From assembly GCA_903847095.1 (NCBI GenBank), contig CAINCQ010000041.1, positions 72,292-136,291 on the forward strand: a stretch of 64,000 bases of DNA, in the 5' to 3' direction. This document shows, piece after piece, positions 52,601 through 58,841 of the stretch. Below the pieces are notes generated by a model. The model had not been told where the DNA came from and searched no databases. It saw only the letters and a list, made by a program, of their open reading frames with translations. Within the stretch, counting starts at the first letter, position 1, and each line of letters begins with the position of its first letter. This DNA is from an uncultured bacterium (GTDB lineage: Bacteria > Patescibacteriota > Minisyncoccia > Minisyncoccales > UBA5738). The translations under genes were made by a program, and so were the position numbers.

Positions 52601-55127
52601 AACAGTTTGAGGTCGAACCCCAGACATAGCAACCGCTGGAGTCTTTCACGCAAGTTTGGTAGCCGTTAGTTCCTGAGCATTGTTTGGATCCGGACGTACA
52701 GACATCGGAGCATGACTTGATACACAATCCATTTTGGCAAGCATAGCCGGAAGAACAGTTAGCGGCTGAACCCCAAACATAACAACCTGACGAGTTTTTT
52801 TGACAAGTCTGATATGCGGAATCACCGGAGCATTGTTTCTGGCCCGACAAACATTCGTCGGAACAAGATCGGACACAATTGCCGCCTTGGCATACATAAC
52901 CAGTAGAACAGTTTTTGGGCGTACCCCATTCAGTGCACTTGTCGCTATCATAGTTGCCACAGATACGGTAGCCCGTATCACCGGAGCATTCTTTTTCCCC
53001 GTTCGTACACTCGTCGGAGCAGGAAGACACACAGCTTCCATTCTGGCAGGCGTAACCATTGTTGCAATTATTAATTGAACTCCAAACGTAGCAACCGGAG
53101 CTTGCTTTAGTACAGGTTTGGTAACCATTGGTTCCCGAGCATTGTTTGGATCCGGACGTACAGACATCGGAGCACGATCTGATACAGGAACCATCTTGGC
53201 ATATATAATCAGTCGAACAATTAGTTGCATTACTCCATTGATAGCAACCGTTCGATGCTTTAACACAAACCTGGTAGCCATTGGTCCCCGAACATTGTCT
53301 GGACCCGGAAGAGCATTGATCCGAACATGACCTAACACAGCTGCCATTTTGGCAAGCGTAGCCGGTGGAACAGGAATTGGCCGAGCCCCAGGCAAAACAG
53401 CCACTGGAACTTTTAACACAGGTTTGATAAGCACCTGTTCCCGAGCATTGTTTGGATCCGGAGGTACAGACATCGGAGCATGATCTGACGCAGCTACCAT
53501 TCTGACACGCGTAGCCGGTTGAACAGTTTGAGATAGAACCCCAGACATAGCAACCCGAACTTCCCTTGACGCAAGTTTGATATGCGTTCGTTCCCGAACA
53601 TTGTTTGGATCCGGAAGTACAGACATCGGAGCATGACCTGACACAGCTGCCATTCTGACACGCGTAGCCGGTGGAACAGTTTGAGGTAGAACCCCAGGCA
53701 AAACAACCCGAACTTCCTTTGACACAAGTTTGATAAGCGTTCGTTCCCGAGCATTGCTTTGAGCCAGAAGTGCATATGTCGGAACATGACCTGACACAAC
53801 TGCCATTTTGGCACGCGTAGCCGGTGGAACAGTTTGAAACCGATCCCCAAGCAAAACAGCCCATTGAGTTTTTAACGCAAATTTGATATCCGGCAGTTCC
53901 CGCGCATTGTTTTGACCCAGAACTACAAACATCCGAACAAGATTTAATACACGAGCCGTTTTGGCATTTGTAGCCGGCGGAGCATGAATTTGCCGATCCC
54001 CAAACATAACAACCACCGGAGCCTTTCACGCAAGTTTGATAGGCAGTGGTGGCGGAACATTGCCTGGACCCGGATGTACATATGTCGGAACAGCTCCGTA
54101 CGCAGCTTCCGTTTTGACAAGCGTAGCCGGTGGAACAACTAGAAGTGGAACCCCAAGCATAACACCCATTCGAACCTTTCACGCAGGATTGGTAAGCGTT
54201 GGTACTTGAACATTTCTTCGATCCCGACGTACAAACGTCCGAACATGACTTGACACAGCTGCCATTTTGGCAAGCGTAGCCCGATGAACAGGAGTTGGCC
54301 GAACCCCAGACATAGCAACCGCTGGAGCCTTTCACGCAGGTTTGATAAGCAGTATTACTGGAACATTTCTTGGAACCCGAAGAACACGTATCCGAGCAGG
54401 ACTTAACGCATGAGCCGTTCTGGCATTTGTAGTTGGTGGAACAGTTTGAGGTAGAACCCCAGACATAACAACCACTGGAGCCTTTTACACAAGTTTGGTA
54501 ACCGCTGGTTCCCGAGCATCTTTTGGAACCCGAAGAACACGTATCCGAGCAGGACTTAACGCATGAGCCGTTCTGGCATTTGTAGTTGGTGGAACAAGAG
54601 TTGGTCGATCCCCAGACGTAGCATCCGGACGAGCCTTTCACGCAGGTTTGATATGCGTTTGACGATGAGCATCTTTTGGACCCGGAAGAACATTGATCCG
54701 AACATGACCTAGCACAAGAGCCGTTTTGGCAAGCGTAGCCCGATGAACAAGAGTTGGCCGAACCCCAGACATAGCAACCGCTGGAGCCTTTCACGCAGGT
54801 TTGATAACCGCTTGCTCCTGAACATCTCCGGGCCCCGGAAGAACATTGATCGGAGCATGACCTAACACAAGAGCCGTTTTGGCAAGCGTAGCCGCTAGAA
54901 CAGGCTATGACCGATGACCATTCGTAGCAATAATCGGAATCGTAATTGCCGCAGACTTGATATCCATTACCCGAACAACGTCTTTGGCCGCTGGAACAGG
55001 TATCGGAACAAGACGTTACGGCGCTAACTGTCGATGGTTTTATTAAAACAAAATAAGCCGCCATAACCGCGATCAAAAATATAAATATAATAAAAAATTT
55101 CTTAAAACGCAATGTTTTAATTCGCAT
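49659..55127 (-). CDS. giant Cys-rich tandem-repeat surface protein (1822 aa)
   Basis: N-terminal TM/signal anchor, about 21 tandem 51-aa 8-Cys repeats, an Ig-like module, a PKD-like module, four CAPLNNVDL...YTYYF.C..DG.WDKT modules, a DUF11-like domain (VDKTVSNLS...ITDILPRGIS) and a C-terminal TVSTGF-TM-KAK anchor. Confidence 0.85.
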   Translation of the reverse strand: MRIKTLRFKKFFIIFIFLIAVMAAYFVLIKPSTVSAVTSCSDTCSSGQRRCSGNGYQVCGNYDSDYCYEWSSVIACSSGYACQNGSCVRSCSDQCSSGARRCSGASGYQTCVKGSSGCYVWGSANSCSSGYACQNGSCARSCSDQCSSGSKRCSSSNAYQTCVKGSSGCYVWGSTNSCSTNYKCQNGSCVKSCSDTCSSGSKRCSGTSGYQTCVKGSSGCYVWGSTSNCSTNYKCQNGSCVKSCSDTCSSGSKKCSSNTAYQTCVKGSSGCYVWGSANSCSSGYACQNGSCVKSCSDVCTSGSKKCSSTNAYQSCVKGSNGCYAWGSTSSCSTGYACQNGSCVRSCSDICTSGSRQCSATTAYQTCVKGSGGCYVWGSANSCSAGYKCQNGSCIKSCSDVCSSGSKQCAGTAGYQICVKNSMGCFAWGSVSNCSTGYACQNGSCVRSCSDICTSGSKQCSGTNAYQTCVKGSSGCFAWGSTSNCSTGYACQNGSCVRSCSDVCTSGSKQCSGTNAYQTCVKGSSGCYVWGSISNCSTGYACQNGSCVRSCSDVCTSGSKQCSGTGAYQTCVKSSSGCFAWGSANSCSTGYACQNGSCVRSCSDQCSSGSRQCSGTNGYQVCVKASNGCYQWSNATNCSTDYICQDGSCIRSCSDVCTSGSKQCSGTNGYQTCTKASSGCYVWSSINNCNNGYACQNGSCVSSCSDECTNGEKECSGDTGYRICGNYDSDKCTEWGTPKNCSTGYVCQGGNCVRSCSDECLSGQKQCSGDSAYQTCQKNSSGCYVWGSAANCSSGYACQNGLCIKSCSDVCTSGSKQCSGTNGYQTCVKDSSGCYVWGSTSNCSTGYACQNGSCVRSCSDECTSGSKQCSGTGGYQTCVKGSSGCYVWGSTTDCNNGYACQNGSCVSSCSDECISGAKECSGDAGYRICGNYDSDKCLEWGTVKNCTNSYVCQDGVCVRSCSDECSLGQKQCSGDSAYQICAKNSQGCSVWGVSKDCSFGYGCQNGSCVNSCSDECSPGEKECSGDSGYRTCGKYDLDSCYEWSAVKNCSTGYACQDGGCVKGCSDQCTLGDHQCSGTSGRTCGNYGSNSCAGWSGYDKCNGQCYFCGDGKCNSDCGETKTSCSKDCGTDKPTVDLAGPGSVSCQGSATLTWTSTNAQTCAASGGWSGAKETSGSETIDNITANKTFTLKCTGLGGSTSDNIAISVKTVNPNADAGDDLKIDESEDIQLDGSNSTSGSDDNDLTYTWTCNGGTLDNADTARPTFFAAEISRDTVYTCTLKVTNNCGKIDSDTVNIAVKNIVTGQFSVNLSVSPDNGCAPLNNVDLTAKVSDIQGDQDSEYTYYFSCEGDGNWDKTITTAATTYTARDLCDYQTANDYRAKVKVEGSESGKEATDSVMIGANDCGQEFTVRLKTEPTGGCKPLNNVDLIATIANYDSAGNNSDEFTYRFDCDNDGNWDKTITTSNDTYTAKDLCDYKTAATHTAKVTVEINGNEASDTVDVKVKSCASTEFNVDLTARPDNGCAPLSNVDLTAHITGYDNQSDDEYTYYFDCEDDGTWDKTITTTATTYTARGLCDYDSADNYTARVKVENSGRSDEDSLVINTDDCAGVNGRIKVDKTVSNLSRGAGYFDSVNALPGDFVNFKIVIEAVSDNVRELKITDILPRGISNPRDIRIDGRTVNNDLANGLTLDDLNNGDTVTVSFTATVAKASEFNYGQTTITNTATARGKGTSDSDTADVVVQRAEIEGITTVSTGFTDNPFVDSFVIPLSLSLLLIWTLKAKILAIEAWLDLRRIAFTKFQSQKKLGAKIAQLKVKRITDRFID
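51745..55010 (-). repeat. in-frame tandem coding repeat array, period 153 bp (51 aa), ~21 units
   Basis: Each unit starts with (S/G)CSDxC. A 73-nt exact duplicate occurs at 54371-54443 and 54524-54596 (offset 153). A near-identical ~85-nt block recurs at offset 459 (54271 versus 54730). Confidence 0.9.
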
Positions 55128-55153
55128 AAGTGAAAATATGTCTAATTGCTATT

Positions 55154-55182
55154 GTTATAAATTATAATTAGTAAATTGTCAA
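55154..55182 (-). promoter_or_regulatory. sigma70-type promoter (TTGACA-N17-TATAAC) of the 1822-aa gene
   Basis: The minus strand reads ttgaca atttactaattataatt tataac, about 25 nt upstream of ATG 55127. Confidence 0.45.
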
Positions 55183-55293
55183 GTAGGACTGGTCTTTATT
55201 TTTTTGTTCTTCATGCCGGATTTTAGCTTAATGGTAAGTTTGGCCGACGTCAATTATTTTTTGGATAAAAAAAAGATGCTGTTGTCCAGCATC

Positions 55294-55956
55294 TTAACTG
55301 TCGGATACTTCTACTTGGAAGATCGAGTCGTCGGCTCCGCCTTCCTCAAAAACTACTTCGTATTCGCCAGTTTCCGCATTTTGTCCAAAATGGAATCTGG
55401 CGATCGTGGTGGTCCATTTGGCGTCTTCGCCGGTCTTGGCCTTACCATGATCTATCAGTAATCTGACGGCGAGGAACGAATCATAGTCGGTACCGGGGTT
55501 TGAAGGGGCGCTAAGATAGGCGAAATTATAAGCGTCCGATGCCGATATCGCTTTGCCGACCGGTCCGATCCAGCCCATTCTATGCATCCACGCCATTACC
55601 TCATTGGCTATGGTCGAGGGGGCGGAAAGCCCGTATGTGACATCATCGTTCCAATTCTTCGTCATGAACTGGTTCAACTGCTCTTCCGTATAGGCCGATC
55701 CCCCGTCTTGACGGAAGGTAAAGGTAGCCATGGCCGCCGGAAAGATCGCTCTCGTTGCCGCAGCCGACATTGAGTCGTTGAGCACAAAAGGTGCTCCCCC
55801 AACTTCGGTTGTCGCTTTGTTCAAGGTCGGTTCTATGACCCCCATAGACACTACTCTTGGGTGGGCCCGTTCGACTGCTATTACTGTGCCAAACAAGCAA
55901 CTGCCGATCAGTAAGGTAATCAGCAGACCAATTATCAATTTACTCATTCTATTCAC
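55294..55956 (-). CDS. hypothetical secreted protein
   Basis: 220-aa ORF with a signal peptide or anchor (MNRMSKLIIGLLITLLIGSCLFG) and its own promoter. Confidence 0.5.
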   Translation of the reverse strand: MNRMSKLIIGLLITLLIGSCLFGTVIAVERAHPRVVSMGVIEPTLNKATTEVGGAPFVLNDSMSAAATRAIFPAAMATFTFRQDGGSAYTEEQLNQFMTKNWNDDVTYGLSAPSTIANEVMAWMHRMGWIGPVGKAISASDAYNFAYLSAPSNPGTDYDSFLAVRLLIDHGKAKTGEDAKWTTTIARFHFGQNAETGEYEVVFEEGGADDSIFQVEVSDS

Positions 55957-55983
55957 GCTCCCAAACTATTTTGTACTGCGCTT

Positions 55984-56012
55984 ATTATGTATTGATTATT
56001 ATTTTTTGTCAA
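55984..56012 (-). promoter_or_regulatory. sigma70-type promoter (TTGACA-N17-CATAAT)
   Basis: The minus strand reads ttgaca aaaaataataatcaata cataat, upstream of the 55956 start. Confidence 0.5.
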
Positions 56013-56082
56013 GGGACAAATATCTTTACTCGGTATGGCAATCCTAGGTCCATAAAAAAATAAATGAGTGTCATTAAGACGC

Positions 56083-56568
56083 TCATGGTTTCGCCTCCTT
56101 TTTGGAGACATTTTTTTGGACCTCAATTAATTTGATTGCCCGTGTTTTTTTTGTTTGCACGGTTTCGTTGCCAAAGATCATTGTTACGCCTTGACCAGAG
56201 ATGACCTTGGTCTTTGGTGCGTTGACTGAAGTATTCTCATTGTTCACGATCAAATCCGTTTCCACAGTCCTTATCGTGGTGAGATTCTCCTTCTGACCGG
56301 CCACCTTCACCTTGCTTGGACCACCCAGGGATTCAATGGCCTGGCTAGTGCCGTTGGGCGTAGCCACCGTTCCAGAAGCAATTTTATCCGGGGAGGAAGG
56401 GTTAGGAATCGGCTGGATCACCGTAACTCCGCCAAACAGTAATGAACCCAGAATGAGTCCGATTACGATCAGGGCTAGAGCCAGCACTGCTAATGCCAGC
56501 CAACCTTTTTTGCTCATGCCCTTATCTTTCGCTACTTCTTCTCCCCCATCTTTGTCCGTATCCGTCAT
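56083..56568 (-). CDS. hypothetical membrane-anchored protein
   Basis: 161-aa ORF with an acidic N-terminus, one TM helix (WLALAVLALALIVIGLILGSLLFGG) and an extracytoplasmic Thr/Val-rich domain. Confidence 0.45.
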   Translation of the reverse strand: MTDTDKDGGEEVAKDKGMSKKGWLALAVLALALIVIGLILGSLLFGGVTVIQPIPNPSSPDKIASGTVATPNGTSQAIESLGGPSKVKVAGQKENLTTIRTVETDLIVNNENTSVNAPKTKVISGQGVTMIFGNETVQTKKTRAIKLIEVQKNVSKKEAKP

Positions 56569-56620
56569 TATCCGTCACTCTCCAAACTGCAATGTTGCAG
56601 CGTTTTTTCGATTGAATCTA

Positions 56621-56648
56621 ATTATAAATTATTTATCGGTCTTGTCAA
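56621..56648 (-). promoter_or_regulatory. sigma70-type promoter (TTGACA-N16-TATAAT)
   Basis: The minus strand reads ttgaca agaccgataaataatt tataat, upstream of the 56568 start. Confidence 0.55.
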
Positions 56649-56707
56649 CCTTAAGGCAGTTTTGAAAAAAAACGATGCGCACTTGATCAGCGCGCATTTC
56701 AATTTTT

Positions 56708-56869
56708 TTATAGTATGCCTCTGATTTGCGCCAGTATCGCGCAAATCTCCTTGCCGTACCCCAGGATGGCAAATATCCCGAAGACGACACAACCAACCTT
56801 GATCTGTATTATTTTTACTTCCATGTCGCGGCTATGCCACCGCGAAAATTGCATTTCCTTTAGTCTCAC
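56708..56869 (-). CDS. small membrane protein (~53 aa)
   Basis: The -10 box at 56901-56906 abuts the track's TTG start (56899), so the start must lie downstream. GAGGGA plus GTG at 56869 fits. One TM helix (VGCVVFGIFAILGYG). Confidence 0.3.
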   Translation of the reverse strand: MRLKEMQFSRWHSRDMEVKIIQIKVGCVVFGIFAILGYGKEICAILAQIRGIL

Positions 56870-56900
56870 TTTCTTCCCTCGTTTATTATTGTATGCCAAT

Positions 56901-56928
56901 ATTATAGCATAAATGAAATAAAAGTCAA
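56901..56928 (-). promoter_or_regulatory. sigma70-type promoter (TTGACT-N16-TATAAT)
   Basis: The minus strand reads ttgact tttatttcatttatgc tataat. Confidence 0.5.
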
Positions 56929-56978
56929 TAGTTCAAAAATCAAAACACCCCCGTATTAGGGGGGGTGCCGCAAATTTA

Positions 56979-57713
56979 TCAGTCTTGTAGAACGGTTTCG
57001 ACCACGATGCGTTTGAAATCTTTGCCCGGCGGCCAGCAGCTTACCAAAAATGCGGTATTTTTATTGGGATCCGTGGTTGGCAATTCTTCGCCCGGCATTA
57101 AAAAAACGGTTTTAACGACCTCGTAATTAAAGTTTTGACCATTATATCCCAGCTTTACTATATCCCCGGCTTTCAGGTCGTTGAGACGGCTGAAAACCCA
57201 ATCGTATTTGATTTTTGGCCACCCGGGAGGTGCGCTATGCCCAAGAAGGATCATGTCTCCGTTCTGGCCCGGCATGGTTCCGCCCGGATACATAACAACC
57301 CCGGAATCCAAATATTTATGAATGATAGTGTTGTCGGTGGTATCGGATAGGACGATGGGAGCCTCGATTCCGATCTTCGCGATCGAAATTCCAAAACTTT
57401 TTTTAGCGCCTCCATTTTTTATCGGATCAACCGGCTGTTTTTTAACGGCGGTTGCGCCTGATTCTTCTTTTGGATCTTCCGATCCTTGGGTCGGTTGCAT
57501 TTTAACTTCGGTCGGGGAGTTTTCCACGATGACCGCCGGTTTTTCTTCGGGCTTAAGGTCGCTAATATATTGTCCGGCAACTTTGTAATTGAAAAGCCAA
57601 GAGATGTTTGGCCAATTAAACCCGATGTAAAGTACGGCAAAAAAAATCACAAAGGGTTTCCAGAGGATCTCAATGGTCGAAGGTACGTGCTTTTTGGGTA
57701 ATTTCACTTCCAT
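56979..57713 (-). CDS. sortase-family transpeptidase
   Basis: 244-aa ORF with an N-terminal TM anchor, catalytic His in MILLGHSAPPGW, catalytic Cys in AFLVSCWPPG (TLxTC-like position) and a downstream Arg in FKRIVVETV. Confidence 0.75.
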   Translation of the reverse strand: MEVKLPKKHVPSTIEILWKPFVIFFAVLYIGFNWPNISWLFNYKVAGQYISDLKPEEKPAVIVENSPTEVKMQPTQGSEDPKEESGATAVKKQPVDPIKNGGAKKSFGISIAKIGIEAPIVLSDTTDNTIIHKYLDSGVVMYPGGTMPGQNGDMILLGHSAPPGWPKIKYDWVFSRLNDLKAGDIVKLGYNGQNFNYEVVKTVFLMPGEELPTTDPNKNTAFLVSCWPPGKDFKRIVVETVLQD

Positions 57714-57734
57714 GATCGTTTGTTTTGGTTATGA

Positions 57735-58700
57735 TCAGAATATATTGAGGTCATGCGGAATGAGATCGAGAAGAACGCCTTTGTCGATAGCCACGAATAC
57801 CACGAGAAGGACGACAAAAGCCGCTGCTTTGAAAAATAGATCCTTGTGCTTAAAATCCAGGTTGAGAAGCAAATTAGCCGATAGCAAAAGGATCATGAAC
57901 AGGATCGAAGCATAAATAATGTATTGGAGAAAAACGTAATAGTCTTGGGACACAAAAGACAGAAAATCGAATTTTAATCCTTCGCGCGCGTCCTGGGTTC
58001 CCAAAACCTTTTCATAAGACGGAAGCACTGGCGTTGCCGATGCCGGTTGTCCCGCCGGAACGGTTTTATCAAGCGTTGCCGCGGGTGCCGGCGTCACCGT
58101 CTTTGCGCCCAAAACCTGCTGTTTTGAGCCAAATAGCTGCACCACGACAGTAGTTTCCGCACCCTGGAAGTTCCCGGTCACCACGGCAATACCCACTTCC
58201 CGATATTTATTGTTAAGGATGTTGGCTTTGTGGCTGGGCGAATCGATCCAGGCGTCGTTGACCTCGCTGGAATCGAGGAATCCGATCGCCAGGTTCTCCC
58301 CGGCGTAGTGGTAATTGTACCCGGACAGCTTAAACCAATACCAGGGGCTGACGCCTTTCGGACTGAAATGGGAAAAATAGCCGTTGTTAAGCATATCTTG
58401 AGCTTTAAGATAGGCCGCGCGGTCGAGAACCGGGTTTTCGGTCAAAGTCGTTAAACCGATTTTTTCCCGTTCTTGATTGGTGAGCTGGACCAAGGCTGTT
58501 TTGGTGATATCGGCAAAATAGGAAGACCGGGGAAAATAAAACAGGAACGATGCGGCAAACACTTTCAAAACTAGGATGGCGATCAGAAAATAAGCCAGAA
58601 AAGGGCCCGCGAAAATACCGGCCCGCTGACCGTTTTCCTTACAGGGAAATAAAAAAATCTTGGTTTTTTTAACCGCCGTAGCGGCAAGTTGTAGTAACAT
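57735..58700 (-). CDS. CAP/SCP/PR1-like (YkwD-type) domain protein, membrane-anchored
   Basis: CAP motifs: LDRAAYLKAQDM, YFSHFSPKG, YAGENLA, WIDSPSHKANILNNKYREVGIAV. TM helices sit at both ends. The -10 box at 58710-58715 excludes the track start 58727, so ATG 58700 is preferred (near-leaderless). Confidence 0.7.
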   Translation of the reverse strand: MLLQLAATAVKKTKIFLFPCKENGQRAGIFAGPFLAYFLIAILVLKVFAASFLFYFPRSSYFADITKTALVQLTNQEREKIGLTTLTENPVLDRAAYLKAQDMLNNGYFSHFSPKGVSPWYWFKLSGYNYHYAGENLAIGFLDSSEVNDAWIDSPSHKANILNNKYREVGIAVVTGNFQGAETTVVVQLFGSKQQVLGAKTVTPAPAATLDKTVPAGQPASATPVLPSYEKVLGTQDAREGLKFDFLSFVSQDYYVFLQYIIYASILFMILLLSANLLLNLDFKHKDLFFKAAAFVVLLVVFVAIDKGVLLDLIPHDLNIF

Positions 58701-58709
58701 GATAAACTT

Positions 58710-58737
58710 ATTATACCAGTTATTCATAAAATGTCAA
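58710..58737 (-). promoter_or_regulatory. sigma70-type promoter (TTGACA-N16-TATAAT)
   Basis: The minus strand reads ttgaca ttttatgaataactgg tataat. ATG 58700 lies about 10 nt after the -10. Confidence 0.55.
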
Positions 58738-58782
58738 GGATTAATGAGTTTGGTTTAGCCACTCTGTCCATCGATCGCGGAA

Positions 58783-58815
58783 TAAAAAAATCAAGACGTG
58801 CCGTAAAAACGTCTT
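58783..58815 (-). terminator. intrinsic terminator after the 555-aa pilin-like gene
   Basis: The minus strand reads aagacgt-ttttacggc-acgtctt followed by gattttttta, 27 nt after the stop at 58842. Confidence 0.6.
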
Positions 58816-58841
58816 ACCTTAACTTCAGATCGGTTTCCATT

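Noticed and set aside
52646-54016. 456-aa ORF on the minus strand in an alternative frame of the giant gene. Similar ORFs occur at 53494-53850, 51680-52090, 48065-48264 and 48626-48829.
   Set aside because: It is produced by the repetitive, stop-poor codon composition of the Cys-repeat array. The translation is low-complexity (P/A/R/V-rich), and it is wholly nested in the 1822-aa ORF, which has coherent domain architecture.
51745-55010. Regular 153-bp periodicity that might at first glance suggest a CRISPR-like or satellite array
   Set aside because: There is no repeat/unique-spacer alternation. The whole unit is repeated, stays in one long reading frame with conserved Cys codons, and lies inside a gene that has an N-terminal signal anchor and C-terminal domains. 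It is a coding tandem repeat.
46299-55127. Canonical LPXTG cell-wall sorting signals on the giant proteins
   Set aside because: No LPXTG, LAXTG or NPxTG motif precedes the C-terminal TM helix. Only the non-canonical TVSTGF motif is present, reported as a hypothesis rather than a feature.
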